This document shows positions 12,641 to 25,679 of a stretch of DNA of 64,000 nt, one piece after another. The position numbers were made by a program, and so were the translations under genes. The DNA is from Lama glama (taxonomy: Eukaryota), in the NCBI GenBank assembly GCA_028534125.1, contig CM052816.1, positions 372,001 through 436,000 of the forward strand, in the 5' to 3' direction. The notes below the pieces were generated by a model. The model was not told the origin of the DNA and made no database searches. It saw nothing but the letters and a program-made list of their open reading frames with translations. Position 1 is the stretch's first letter; each line of letters opens with the position of its first letter.

Positions 12641-13098
12641 TCCCATATAGTCCAGTCTGAACCCCATTTCCACTCTACAATTAAAAGTAATTAAAAAGCC
12701 ATTTCACTGTTTACTTGCATCTCCCTAGGAACAGCAAAGACGGTATCATTAATAACCCCCAGCATCATCCCTCTTCAATTCTGAGTCACTCGAATGCCTG
12801 CACTCTCAGACAACAAGTCTTGGTTTTCTCTTTATTTTCCCTTCCTCCCCGTTTCCTGTGTGCTGTCTCTCTGGCCTCTCATGGTAGCTTGAGAGCCAGG
12901 ATGCAAAGAGAGGATTCCTCCGGAGAATGGGGAGGAGGGAAGAGCTCAGCTGGCAGAGACAGATCTCTGTTTGGCCGCCAGTCTGAGCACTCAGGTGGAT
13001 GGGTGCCATGCAGATCACGCACATCAAATGGCTGGCAGCTGGGGCGACTGGGAGGAGTCCGGGGCTAACGTGCTGTGTGTCCTGTTTGTCCCTCCCAG

Positions 13099-13377
13099 CC
13101 CCGGTGTTCCTGACTGAGCTGCAGAATCAGGAAGTGCTGGATGGGTACCCTGTGAGCTTTGACTGTGTGGTGACAGGCCAACCCATGCCCACTGTGCGCT
13201 GGTTCAAGGACGGGAGGGTGCTGGAGGAGGACGACCACTACATGATCAGCGAGGACCAGCAGGGCGGCCACCAGCTCATCATCACGGCTGTGGTGCCGGC
13301 CGACATGGGTGTCTACCGCTGCCTGGCCGAGAACAGCGTGGGTGTGTCCTCCACCAAGGCAGAGCTCCGTGTGGACT
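13099..13377 (+). CDS. OBSCN: obscurin Ig exon (APVFLTELQ...LRVD)
   Basis: 279 nt, phase 1-1. Confidence 0.94.
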
Positions 13378-13714
13378 GTGAGTGCCCGCTGGGGTTTGAT
13401 GGTCCAGGGTGGGGCTCTGGCAGGCAGAGGCAGTGCTGAGCTGGAGGATGACCTGGAGAGCACTGGTCCTAGACCAGGCAGGCTTTGGGGCTGCAATGTC
13501 TTGTGGCACATGGAGAGTTCTCCGGTAGACCCCTGAATGGGGTGGGGGTGGGGTCTGATCTCTTTAAGAAGTGATTGGACTGGGGAGGGACCTGGAAAGG
13601 TTTGGAGGTGGCCCCATGGGCACAATGGGTGATTAATGGCACTGAGATGCAATAAGAAATATATATTTGAGCTTTGTCCCTGATTCCTGGAGAGCCTCCA
13701 GATAACTTCAGTAC

Positions 13715-14900
13715 GAGCATATCCATCTGATTTTTGACAAAAATGCAAAAGCAATTAAATGGAGCAAGGATAGAATTTCAGATTCAAAGATGGGATTTCA
13801 AATGGTACTCGAGTAATTTGGACATTCGTATGCCATAAAATGAACCTCAACCTTATGAAAATTAGCTCAAAATGGATTAGATTCTTAAATGGAAAATATG
13901 AACCTATAAAACTTTCAGAAAAAAAATAGGTGGAAATCTTCAGGGCCTTGGGCTAGGAATAGACTGCTTAGACTTGACCCATAACAGGAACAATTGGTAA
14001 ACTGGACTTCCTTGGAGTTAAAAATTTTTACTCTGAGGAAAACCAGGTGTTGAGGATGAAATGCTACAGGCTGGGAGAAAAAAAATCTGCAAATCATATA
14101 TCTTATAAAAGACTAAAAATACGTAAAGAAAGCTCAAAAGTAAACAGTAAAAAAAATCCACTTTGAGTAGGAGTGAAAGACATGTCCATACATTGAATGG
14201 AGAGGATGTACAGGAGGCGAATAAGCATATGGAAAATGTTCAACATCATTAACGATCAGGGAAATAGAAGTAAAAGCCCCAGTGAGATACCACTGAACAC
14301 ATCCCAGGATGGCCAAAGGCAGGTAAGCATGCAGAGAAATGGGATCTCTCATATGTTGCTGGTGAGAACGTTAAAGGGGAGAAACTACTCTGGAAAACAA
14401 TTTTCTGGAAAACAATTTGCAGTTGCTCATAAAACTATGTAGCTATCATATGATCCAACAATTGCCTTTTTTGGTATTTATCACAGATAAATAAAAACTC
14501 AAATTCGTGATAAAACCTGTACCAGAATACTCATAGAAGCTTTAGTCCCAATAGCCCCAAACTGGTAATGACCCACCTGTCCTTCAGAGGATGAATGGTT
14601 AAACTATGATATGGCTAGTCTTGGAATACTACTCGGCAAGGAAAAGGAAAACATTATTGATGTGCAACCTCTATGATAATATTCATTTTGTTGCATCAAA
14701 TTAATGTACATGCACTCAATGGAGTTCATGTGAAACTTTTGAAATCTGGACAAGGTCAAGGCATCATATCAATGTCACCTTTTATAGTTAAGAGAGAAAT
14801 AAACATTGCTGGACACAGTAAAGAGTAAATGGGATCTCTGTATTATTTCTTAGAAAAGCGTGAGAATCTACAATTCTTTCAAAATAAAAAGGAAAAATGA
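13715..14900 (+). mobile_element. old L1 (L1M-type) ORF2 end and 3'UTR
   Basis: CTGATTTTTGACAAAAATGCAAAAGCAATT..., CATATGATCCAACAATTGC..., AT-rich, many stops. Confidence 0.8.
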
Positions 14901-15264
14901 CTTAAAAAAAACACACACTACAATAACAAGTCAATTATCTTAAGACAAGATCTTACATATTTACCCAAGTACTTTAATTTCCAAGCTCTTTATTCTGCTA
15001 TGTGGATCTAGATTTCCATCTGGTAACACTGTCTTTCTGCCTGAAGGACATCTTTTAACATTTTTTGTAGTGGGTATATCTGAAAAAAAAAAGTCTTTAT
15101 TTTGCTTTTCTTTAGGATATTTTTCTAGGACAGTTTTTTCTTTTCATATTTTAAAGATTTATTCCATCGTCTACTAGCGTGCATTGTTTCCAGTGAGAAA
15201 TGTGATGCCATTCTTGTCTTTGTTTCTCTGTACATAACTTATCTTTTCTATTGGGATTTTAAAA

Positions 15265-16495
15265 TTTTTAGATATTTGCACACCATAAAATTCGCCATTT
15301 AAAAATGCACAACTCAGTGGTTTTTAATATATTCACAAGGCTGTGCTACCATCTAATTCCAGAACATTTTCATCATTCCAGAAAGAAACCCCACACCCAT
15401 TGGCTGTCACTTCCCATTCCCCTCCCCCAGCCCTTGGCAACTATTAATCTACTTTCTGTCTCTGTCAGTTTGCCTATTCAGGACTTTTCATATAAATGGA
15501 ATGATACATTCTATGTCCTTTTGTTGTTTGGTTTTTTAACTTTTAGGAGCCAAACTATTTCCCACAGTGGCTACACCGTTTTACATTCCCGCCAGCAATG
15601 TACAAGGGTTCCAGTTTCCCCACATCTTTGCCAGTGCTTGTTATTATTCATCTTCTCAATAATAGCCATCCTAATGGGTGTGAAATGGTACCTCATTGTG
15701 GTTTTAATTTGTGTTTCCCTACTAACTAACGATGTTAAGCATCTTTTCGTGTGCTTATTGGCCATTTGTGTATCTTTTTTTTTTTTTTTGGAGAAATGCC
15801 AATGCATATCCTTTGTCTGTTTTAAAATTGGGTTATTTGTCCTTTTGAGTTGTAAGAGGTCTTCATATATTCTGGATACTAGATCATTATCAGATATGTG
15901 ATTTTCAAATCTCTTCTCCCATTCTATGCGTTGTCTTGTCAGTCCCTTGATACTGTTCTTTGATGCACAAAAGTTTTAAATTTTGATGGAGCACAGTTTA
16001 GCTACATTTTCTTTGGTTTCTTGTGCTTTACTTGTCGTATCTAAGAAATCATTGTCTAATCCAAAGTCATAAAGATTTACACCTATGCTTTCTTCTCTTA
16101 TATTTAGATTTTTGGTCCATTTTGAGTTCATTTTTGTATATAGTGCGAGGTAGGGGTCCCGATTCATTCTTTTCATGTGGGAATCCAGCTGTTCCAGCAC
16201 CATCTGTTGAAAGGACTATTTTCCCGACAAAATTGACTTGGAACTCTTGTCATAAGTGAATTTCCATTAAACGTAGAAGGTTTCTGACTTTCATTTCTTT
16301 TCCATTGATCCACATGTCTGTCATTATGCCATTATCACACTGTTTTGACTATTGTAGCTTTGTATTAAGTTTTGAAATCAACAAGTGTGACTCTTCCAAC
16401 TTGGTTCTTGTTCAAGATTGTTTTGACCAGCCTGGGTCTCTTGCATTTTTAAATGAATTTTCGGATCAGCTTGTCAATTTCTGCCAAAAGGGTCT
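15265..16495 (-). mobile_element. L1 3' fragment, antisense
   Basis: minus-strand remnants TQMANKHTKRCLTSLVSRETQIKTTMRYHFTPIRMA and DPYLALYTKMNSKW typical of L1 ORF2. Confidence 0.9.
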
Positions 16496-16499
16496 CTGG

Positions 16500-18240
16500 A
16501 TACTTTTTAAGATTTTCTTTTTATCACTGGTTTTGAGTAATTTGATTATATTCTTTGGTGCACTTCTCTTCATATTCTTTGTGCTTGCAGTTAATTGAAC
16601 TTCTCTAGAATTGGGGGTTAATAGTTTTCATTTAGTTTGAAATTGGGGGGGCATTATTTCTTCAAATATTTTTCCTTTCCCCCTTCATTTGGGGACTTCA
16701 GTTGCATATATCAAGCCAGTTGAAGTTGTACTTCTTTGCAGTTTTTAAAATTCTTTTTTCTCTGTGCATTTTATTTTGCATACTTTCTACTGCTGTGCTT
16801 TCACATTCACTATTCTTTTCTTCTGTGGCAGCTAATATGCTATCAATCCCATCCATTGTATTTTTTATCTCTGAAAGTTCTACTTGAGTCTTTTTTATGT
16901 GTTCTGTGTCTCTACTTAGCTTTCCGAAACACGTAGAATACAGTTCTAATATCTGCGTGTTACCTTTGTGCTTTCTGTTCTAACATCTGTATCAGTTCTG
17001 AGTTGGTTTCGACTTGTTGATTATTCTACACATTATAGGTTGTGTTTTCCTGCCTTCTTGCCTATCTGACAATCTTTGACGGGATGGCTGACAGTGTGAA
17101 TTTTACCATTGTTATTGAAGGAGATGGGGGAGTGAGAGAATGGATGATCATGTCCCAGCTCTCGGGCAAGCTCCTGGAATGGGCCACCAAGTGAGGGTCC
17201 TTGGCTTTGTGCAGGAAAGAATTCGAGAGTGAGACAAAGTAAAGTGAAAGCAGGTTTATTTAGAGAGATACACATTACACAGAATGCCAGCCATCTCAGA
17301 AAGTGAGAGTGGCCCCAGGGGATGGGGTTGTTCGTTTTTATGGGCTGAGTAATTTCATAGGCCAACAAGTAGGAGAATTATTCCAACTATTTTGGGGAGG
17401 GGGTGGGGATTTCAAAGAACTGGGCCCCTGCCCACTTTTTGGTGTTTTACGGTCAGCGCTGGAACTGTCATGGCACCTGCAGGTGTCATTTAGCACTCCA
17501 GTGTATTATAGTGAGCCTGTACTGAGGCTCCAGGTCGACCAGAAGTCAAATCTTCCACCATCTTGGACCTAGTTGGCTTTAATCAGTTTTTGTCCTGTTC
17601 TGTTCTTCCCAGTGGTTGTGTCATTCTTTTAACGGTTGTGCCCTGCCCTCTACCTTCCTGTCTCATTGGGTGCTGGATATCCTGTGTTTCTACAGATCTT
17701 CTTGAGCTTTGTTCTGGAATGCAGTGAGTTACCTGCAATCAATTTGATCCCTTTGAGTCTGGCTTGTGTAATTTGTTAGGTGGGCGAAGGCAGTGCTCAG
17801 TCCAGGGCTGAGCATCTCCCTCTAGAGAAGTGAGAGCGTCCTTGAGTACTCTACCTCACACCCTGTGAATTGTGAAAGTTTCCAGTCTGACCGTGAACAG
17901 ACATATTCTAGTCTTTGTGCTGCCCTGGTGCCGTCTCCTCTGGTCCTTTCAGATGGTTCCTTCCTAGCGTGCCAGTCGGTGCTCTGCTGAATCTTCAGGG
18001 GAGGGGGCCCTCTCTCTCTGCAGCTTTCTCTTTGGTTTTCTGTTCTGTGGACACCGGCTGCCTTTGTCTCTCAGGACATGAGCTCTGTCTCCTCAGCTCA
18101 GAAGCTGCCTGGCCCTGCCTCAGTTTCCCCTCCATGGAAACTTAAGGCAGGAAGCTGAGGCAATTCTAGGGCTCACTGTTATTTTTCACCTCTAGCAGAT
18201 GACTGTCCTCCACTTGCTTAATGCCTAGGCACTTGGAAAC
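16500..18240 (-). mobile_element. degraded L1 antisense fragments interrupted by an LTR (related piece at about 14900-15260)
   Basis: T-rich L1-antisense-like sequence (ATTATTTCTTCAAATATTTTT.., TGTGAATTTTACC..TTGGGTGCTGGATA). Confidence 0.55.
17110..17665 (-). mobile_element. solo ERV1-class LTR (MER41/MER51-like)
   Basis: TG...CA ends (TGTTATTG...CCTGTCTCA), internal TTTATT, GGGTCCTTGGCTTTGTGCAGGAAAGAATTCGAG motif. Confidence 0.65.
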
Positions 18241-18242
18241 CA

Positions 18243-19010
18243 TGCTGATAATTCTGCACCCAATTCCAGCGTGTGGGGATTTTTCCCCACAAAAAGGCTC
18301 TGTGACACTAGTTGAGTGTCCTGCCATCCAACTCAATTCTGACACCTGGAAATAGCACCTGATCCTACAGGTAAAAGGCTCAGTCCCACAGGGCTGCTTC
18401 CCCCACCCACTTCAGACACCAATTACAAGTCCAGGTTGTCACTTGTGCTTCTGGCCAACGAGCTGTACATTCCAGGCTCCAGGGCCGCCTTCCTTAGGTT
18501 TAATTAATTTGCTAGGGAGGTTCACAGAACTCAGAGAAACATTTTACTTACTAGATTTGCAGTTTATTATAAAAAGAAATAACTCAAGAACAGCCAGATG
18601 GAAGAGATGTACAGGCAAGGCGTGTGGGAAGGGGCGGGCTAGTCTCACCGAATCCCTGCGTGTTCACCAACTGGGAAGCTCTCTGAACTCTGTCCTTTTG
18701 GGGTTTTAGGGAGGCTTCATTACACAGGCACGACTGATTACACCATTGACCACTGGTGATCAGTGATCAACTCACTCTCTAGCCCCTCTCCCCTCCCTGG
18801 AGGTCAGAGGGGTCCCAAACTTCTAATCACTTGGTTGGTTACCCTGGCAACCAGCCCTCATCCTTAAGGTCTTTCAGAAAATCACCTCATTAGCATAACA
18901 AAAGCCACTTCTGTGGCTCTCCTCATTTAGGAAATTCCAAGGGTTTAGGGGCGCTGAGTCAGGAACAGGAGGAAGGCCAAATGTATATTTCTTATAAATC
19001 GTGACATCAC
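18243..19010 (-). mobile_element. MER21-like LTR
   Basis: clear reverse-complement similarity to the LTR at 54210-54950 (GAAATTCCAAGGG..CCAAATGTATATTT vs ATATATTTTTGG..CTTGGAATTTTC). Confidence 0.7.
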
Positions 19011-19065
19011 GACCATTGTTTTAGGCACTGTATTTGTTTTTCTTTGGTTGTTTCAGTGGGGAGAG

Positions 19066-19405
19066 AGTCTTAGTTCAGGCTTGGAACAAAGTGCCATAGA
19101 CGGGGCCGCTTAAATGATAGAAATTTATTGCTCGAAGTTATGGAGACTGGAAGTCTGAAATCAGGGGGCCAGAGTGGCTGGGTTCTGGTGAGGGCCCTCT
19201 TCTGAGCTGCCGGCAGCCGTCTTCGCGCTGTTCCTCACATGAGGAAAGGGACAAGGGGTCTCTTCTTGGAAGGGCACTAATTCCATTCATGAGGCCGCAC
19301 CCTCATGACCTCAACTAAGCCTGATCATCTCCCTAAGGTCTCATCTTCAAACACCACCATGCTGGGGGTTAGGATTTCAACATACGAATTTTGGGGGGAC
19401 AGAGC
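19066..19405 (-). mobile_element. MaLR MLT1-type LTR
   Basis: GAAATTTATT..GGAAGTCTGAAATCAGG..GGTTCTGGTGAGGGCCCTCTT..GATTTCAACATACGAATTTTGGGGGGACA. Confidence 0.8.
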
Positions 19406-19795
19406 AGAGGGTAGATCCAGTCCCTCTTCTCCCTTGTGGCTAGAAGTGGAAGCCCCTCGCTGTTGGTTTTGAGACAGATCTATGTCCCCACCTTGTTCCT
19501 TAATTGGGTGGAACTGGAGGGTGCCATATTGCCACTGCCTGCTATTTATGATGCCCAGTATTTATAATTTGTTGGGTAGTGTAGTTGGTGACAGGCCTGG
19601 AAACATGGGCTGGTGACAGCTGGGGGCAGGGCTGGGCCCCAGGGTAGCCATGTCCCCCGCAACTCCTGACTTGGATGTGAGTGGCTCCCAGGGATGGCTG
19701 CGCAGTAAGAACCAGGAAGAGTCTGGGGTGGGTGGGGCCTGTGCCCAGGCGGGCGGTGTGCCAGGCCTCATTTCAGCTCCGCCCTTCATCCCCAG

Positions 19796-19874
19796 TGACC
19801 AGCACGGACTATGACACTGCTGCGGATGCCACGGAGACCTCGTCTTATTTCAGTGCCCAAGGCTACCTGTCCAG
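19796..19874 (+). CDS. OBSCN: obscurin exon (TSTDYDTAADA...YLS)
   Basis: 79 nt, phase 1-2. Confidence 0.88.
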
Positions 19875-20120
19875 GTAGAGGGCTGTGCAGAAACGTGCGG
19901 TGCCCAGCAGGCGGGCGGGCCCGAGCCCTTTGTGGGGGTGGCCATGCTGGCCTGGACTCACAGGATCTGTATCCTGGAGCCTTCAACCAGGCCACAGTGG
20001 TCTCGGCCCAGCTAAAAGGAGACCTCAGAAACCACCCCCACCCCCGACCCTGGGCCTCCCCAACCTGGGCCCCTCGCCGGTCCACCTCATGGTCTGCCCC
20101 TCCTTTGTTCTCCCCGCCAG

Positions 20121-20245
20121 CCGGGAACAAGAGGGCACAGAGTCGACCTCAGAGGAGGGGCAGCTGCCCCAGGTGGTGGAGGAGTTGACAGACCTGCAGG
20201 TGGCCCCTGGCACACGCCTGGCCAAGTTCCAGCTCAAGGTGAAAG
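20121..20245 (+). CDS. OBSCN: obscurin exon (REQEGTES...LKVK)
   Basis: 125 nt, phase 2-1. Confidence 0.9.
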
Positions 20246-20397
20246 GTGAGGGGGAGAGAGGTGAAGGGCAAGGTGCTGCCTCCCGCCAGCAGAGGCTGGG
20301 CGATCACCCGCCCCCCAGAGGTCTCTGAGGGCCTGAGGAGGGCATGGTGCCCCCTGGGCAGTGGCCCTGTGCTAACCACGCCCCGCTGCGGCCCCAG

Positions 20398-20595
20398 GCT
20401 ACCCCACGCCCCGACTGTACTGGTTCAAAGACGGGCAGCCCCTGACCACGTCTGCGCACATCCGCATGGCTGACAAGAAGATGCTGCACACCCTGGAGGT
20501 TGTCTCGGTCACCAGGGAGGATGCCGGCCAGTACTCCGCCTACGTCAGTAACTCCGTGGGCGCTGCCTACTCATCTGCTCGGCTGCGGGTCCGAG
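20398..20595 (+). CDS. OBSCN: obscurin Ig exon (GYPTPRLYWFKDG...VR)
   Basis: 198 nt, phase 1-1. Confidence 0.92.
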
Positions 20596-21224
20596 GTGCG
20601 TGCGGGGGGGCCCAGCAGAGCCTGGCGTCCACACCTGGTCTGAGTCCCACCTGTAAGCCTAGGAGCTAGGGTCACTGCCCCTGTGTGCAGAAGTCACAGG
20701 TGGCCAGAAGCTGATCCCCAGGGAGCCCCTTGTGGGTCGTGGGGCCCGTGAACACTGACCAGCAGGCAGGCCAGCTAGCTGGTGGACTAGACCCTGGCGG
20801 GCGTGGGGCCCCTGGCAGACTGTGCGGAACAAGAGGCAGGTGATAACTTTGGAAGTAGAAGTCTGAGCTTCCTTATTTTCCAGAGTTCTGAGCACTGCAA
20901 GGTAATTCCAAGTCATGTCCAAATCTGCCCTGGCCTAGGGACCCAGTACTGCCCTTGGCTTCACTTCTGTGTGACGTTTTGTGGACAAGCATCCGCGTGT
21001 TGATTTCAGGGCAATGACCCAGACTCCTGGGTGGGCGTAGGTGACATTGCATCTGATCCATGGGGCCTGAGTGTGAATTCCATGACTGCATGGCCAGGTT
21101 TAGGAAAGGTGCTGCATGTGTAGGACTGGGCAGGGCCACCCCTGGGACTCCCACCCGGCTGGGCAGGCCCAGCCAGTAGAGAGGCACCTTGGTGCTGTAG
21201 GTCTGACTTCTGTGCCTCTTTCAG

Positions 21225-21257
21225 GCCCCAACGAACCAGAAGAGAAGCCAGCATCAG
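21225..21257 (+). CDS. OBSCN: obscurin 33-nt micro-exon (GPNEPEEKPAS)
   Basis: ctttcag|GC...TCAG|gtgag, phase 1-1. Confidence 0.82.
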
Positions 21258-21396
21258 GTGAGCTGACTCCAGAGGGCAGAGGGATGGAGGGTGGGGTGGG
21301 CACTGGGGACAGGTTCAGTGAGGGTGTGTGAGGGGGACAGCCACGTGGAAATGGGGCTCCGCATTGTTCACCACCAGCTGCTCCATGTCTCTCCAG

Positions 21397-21495
21397 ATAC
21401 ACATCAACAGCTGGTACCACCCCGATTCCTGGAGAAGTTCACCTCAAAGAAGGTGAAGAAGGGCTCCAGCATCACCTTCTCAGTGAAGGTTGAAG
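21397..21495 (+). CDS. OBSCN: obscurin Ig exon, first part (DTHQQLVPPRFLE...VE)
   Basis: 99 nt, phase 1-1. Confidence 0.9.
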
Positions 21496-21675
21496 GTAGG
21501 ATGTCCTTCCTCCCTGTCCCACTCAGATCACCCTCCCCTCTGGGAGGCTCAGAGTAGGCTCCCTCCCTGCCCTCACTCAGGACTGCTCCCAGGGAGGCTC
21601 AGAGGAGACCCCTACTTCCCAGGGCCACCCTCCTGGCGTTGGGTAGGACTGTTCACCATGCAATTCTGCTGGCAG

Positions 21676-21894
21676 GACACCCGCCCCCAGCGGTGCATTG
21701 GCTGCGGGAGGAGGCTGAGCAAGGTGTGCTGTGGATCGGCCGCCACACGCCGGGCTACACTGTGGCCAGCTCTGCCCAGCAGCACAGCCTGGTGCTGCTG
21801 GATGTGGATCGACAGCACCAGGGCACCTACACCTGCATCGCCACCAATGCTGCTGGCCAGGCCCTCTGTTCTGCCAGCCTGCACGTCTCTGGCC
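21676..21894 (+). CDS. OBSCN: obscurin Ig exon, second part (GHPPPAVHW...VSG)
   Basis: 219 nt, phase 1-1. Confidence 0.92.
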
Positions 21895-22203
21895 GTGAGT
21901 GGGCATGGGTGACCCTAGCTCCCACCCCCTGCCCTGTGGGGGCTCTGCTCAGCTGGCTGAGACCCTCCTAGAAGCCCCCGGCTGCCCTGAGCTGTTGCTT
22001 CCTGGGACCCCCCTCAGCTTCTACCACTGGTGGGGTGATTGTGGGCCAGGTCAGGACACTGGGCACAGCCTTCCTCAGAGCTCCGGAAGACAGGACCAAG
22101 TCCCCTGGGGGTGGGGTCCAGACATCCCCAGCGGGGGTCCCGACCAGAATCAGTTCAGGGGTGTGAGGTGTCATTTTGGTGGCTCACCCCGCTCTCCTGA
22201 TAG

Positions 22204-22276
22204 TACCTAAGGAGGCACGGGCAGCAGAAGAACAGACGGTGGTGAAGGAGGCCCTCATCTCTACCTTCCTGCAGGG
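22204..22276 (+). CDS. OBSCN: obscurin exon (LPKEAR...STFLQG)
   Basis: tag|TA...CAGGG|gtgag, 73 nt, phase 1-2. Confidence 0.8.
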
Positions 22277-22546
22277 GTGAGTGAGGGGCTGCTCGAGAGC
22301 CAGAGGGGCCAGGAGCCGGGTCCTGGGAGTGCGGGTCCTGGCCGTGGGGGTGGCGCTGCTGCTGGGGAGGAAGCCCTCATCCTGGACCCCAGCTTGGCTC
22401 TGCCCCTCTTGGGCCATGTGGCTTGGGCCCGCAGTCCCTCCTCGTAAAGGGAAGACTTCCCCAGGGCCCTGTCTGTGGCTTCCAGGTCCACTGTCCCCAG
22501 ACCCTCTTTTCTGTCAGGCCTCTCAGGACACCTCCTTCCCCTTTAG

Positions 22547-22614
22547 GACCCAAGCTGTTTCTGCACAGATGTCGGAAACTGCAGGTTTCACCAACCTTGC
22601 CGGGCAGAGGAAAG
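22547..22614 (+). CDS. OBSCN: obscurin exon (TQAVSAQ...GQRK)
   Basis: 68 nt, phase 2-1. Confidence 0.82.
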
Positions 22615-23935
22615 GTATGGGCCGGGTGGGCACACATCCGCACGGGGTGGGCGGCAGGAGGTGTGGAGGACGCTGCCCGGCTGAGAGGCCCCAGCCCTTC
22701 GAGGCTGCTCTGGACTGTGTGGCCCCAGGAACGCATGTTTGCCTGGGCTTGGGCTCCCTGGCCTCTTGTGGGCCTGAGTCTGAGCTTTGGTTGGTCCCGA
22801 GTCTGAGCTTTGGTTGGTCCTCAGGCCATTTCCGACCCTCGCTAGACGATGTCAGGGGCCCCTGGGCTGAGCCAGCCCTTGGCTCAGAGCTCATGTCCAG
22901 CGGGCTGTGTGGACACCTAGGTGCAGGGGGCTGGGGTGAGGGCAGTGCAGGGAGATGGGTGCTGGCAAGTCCCCTGCTTTATTGGGGATTCTCCCCCTGC
23001 CCCTAAACTGGGTCCTCTCCCTCCCAGCCTCTAAGTGTGCGCCCCTCACCAGCATGTCCAGCCACTTTCTGGCCACCTGCACAGGCCCCAACATCTTAGC
23101 ATATTTTAAACTTTTTTTTTTATGGAAAATATTGAGTCTGCACAGAAGTAGAGAGAAAGGAGTCATGTACCCCGTGTGCCTGTTGCCCCGCCTTTGGGGT
23201 CACTTCTCCATGGGCCTGCCTTGTTAATTTACATGCCTCTCCCTTCCCTGTGCTGCCCCCACCCCAGGCCACCCTCACTCACTCTTAACCTCAAGAGTCC
23301 CTCCCCCGCAAAGGATCCCACTTCCAGCAAGTTTGACCCGAAGCCATCAAATCACAGCTGCCAGTGGTCTGGACCCCCAGCCCTCAGGCCGCAATATGGG
23401 GTCCTGCCCCCTACCTTCAGTGTCCAGAACCTGCCCCTATGTCCTACTGCCTGACTGAGGTCCTTGTGACCTCCGCCCCTCTTAAGCCCCTTCCCAGACC
23501 AGCGTCCAAGTGGCCAGAGGAATCGGGGTGGCACAAACTTCACTGGGCCCCCACAGCGCCAAGCTCCAACCCCAGCCTGGCCACTGGGTCTGGCCTCTAC
23601 CCGGCTTTGCCCTCAGCTGCCTTCACCCTCCGCCCTGCAGCCATGCTGGCTGCCTGCTGTCCCCTGACTGCCCACTGTCCCCTAGCCACCTGCCGTCCCT
23701 GCTGCCCAGACCCTGCTTCCCTGAGTTTGTGGTCCCCTCGGTCATACCTTGGCTCAGGTGCCCTCGAGCCTAAGCGATCCCTAGTTGTGGTCAGCCTTCC
23801 CTGCTTCTGGCAGTGCTGGCCCAAGTCCGTGCGTTCCTTGGCGCCTCTGTCCCGCGAGCCCAGGATGGGCCTGGAATTGGTGTTTAGGCATGTCTGTGGA
23901 GTGCATGGCCAGCTGAGCTAGGGTCTGACCCTCAG

Positions 23936-24055
23936 GAGAGCTTCTGGCGGCAGAGTCCCCTGGCCACTTGTCCTTGGCTGAGGTGGGCACGGAGGAGTTC
24001 CTGAAGAAGCTCACTTCGCAGATCACAGAGATGGTGTCAGCCAAGATCACGCAGG
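23936..24055 (+). CDS. OBSCN: obscurin exon (...LSLAEVGTEEFLKKLTSQITEMVSAKITQ)
   Basis: 120 nt, phase 1-1. Confidence 0.88.
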
Positions 24056-24214
24056 GTGAGGGCGGCAGGCCATAGAGCGGGGTCCAGGGGGTGGCTGCGA
24101 CTGAGCCTCCGGGGCTGGGGCCACTCCTCGTCTGCATGCCCTGGGGACCCACAGGGAGGGGGCATGGCGGGCAGGCCCTTCCCAGGCATCATGTGCCCTG
24201 TGCCACGCCCCCAG

Positions 24215-24354
24215 CCACGCTGCAGGTGCCCGGAGTTGACAGTGACGAGGAGTCCAAGACGCCATCGGCGTCCCCCCGGCATGGCCGTTCCCGCCCCTCC
24301 TCCAGCGTCCAGGAGTCGTCCTCAGAGTCAGAGGATGGAGACTCCCGGGGCGAA
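24215..24354 (+). CDS. OBSCN: obscurin Ser/acidic linker exon
   Basis: 140 nt, phase 1-0, donor GAA|gtgcgt. Confidence 0.88.
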
Positions 24355-24794
24355 GTGCGTGGGCAGGCAGTGGGTGGGGCGGGGTGGGCAAGTGGGTGTG
24401 AGGGCGTGGGGGACAGGGTGAAGGCGGGGCTGGCTGTGCGGGGACAGGGGGAACTGGGGCAGAGGAGGTGTGAGGCACACACCTGAACAGCCAGCATCCC
24501 CGCCATGACCCAGGGTACCCCCAGCACCCCAGAGGCTCCCCCTTGTCCCTTTAGTGTTGGCCACCAAGCCCCCCCAGTAGCATTTCCATTAGCAGAGAGG
24601 GGTTGGGCCTGTTTTAGAACATCATGGAATTTTAGGATGGCTTTTTCTTCTCTACTTAATTCCACGGGCCTTGTAGCCTGGGGCCTCGGGGTGCCCACTG
24701 GCCCCTCTCTGGGTCCCCCTCCCCTCTGGGGTCTTGAGGGGGCTGCTGTAGCCTTGGGGGGCCCGGCTGGCCCTGCCTGGGTCCGACTCAGTGA

Positions 24795-25088
<294 letters not shown>

Positions 25089-25112
25089 TGACCCTTCCCT
25101 GCTCCTCACCAG

Positions 25113-25195
25113 CTGTCACCTGAGTGGGGGCCAGCTGAGGCTCCTGAGTTCCCCGGGGAGGCCCTGTCGGAAGATGAGTACAAGACAAGGCTGAG
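25113..25195 (+). CDS. OBSCN: obscurin SH3-DH linker exon
   Basis: LSPEWG...KTRL, 83 nt, phase 0-2. Confidence 0.9.
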
Positions 25196-25466
25196 GTGAG
25201 GGGCCGTGGGGAAATTGGGGTCCTGTGGGGGCCTCTGGGATGCTAATTCCACACAAGTCCCCTGGGACCGGCCTCTAGCAGGCAGGACCTTGCCTGGCAA
25301 CTTCATGTGGTGGGTCCCCCTTGTGTGTGTGTGGAGGGGGGTGCCCTCCTTCTGCCATCTTGCCTGGTCCATTCTGAATGCAGGCAGCAGGGTGCACGTG
25401 GCTCAGAGTGCTCTGTCGAGGAGCTAAGCTCCTGGGTGCCCCCATCATGGCTGTCTCCCTACCCAG

Positions 25467-25640
25467 CTCCATCATCCGGGAGCTGCTGAGCTCGGAGCAG
25501 GCCTTCATGGGCGAGCTGCAATTCCTGCAGAGCCACCACATGCAGTACCTGGACCACTGCCCCCACGTGCCCACGGCCGTGGCCAGCCAGAAGGCAGTCA
25601 TTTTCCGAAACGTGGAGGACATCAGCCACTTCCACAGCAG
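25467..25640 (+). CDS. OBSCN: obscurin RhoGEF (DH) exon
   Basis: IIRELLSSEQAF...IFRNVEDISHFHS, 174 nt, phase 2-2. Confidence 0.94.
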
Positions 25641-25679
25641 GTGGGCGGGCAGGGCGGGCCTTAAGGCTTCTCCCTGGTC

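Noticed and set aside
15305..16259. Hydrophobic ORFs resembling membrane proteins
   Set aside because: Antisense L1 sequence
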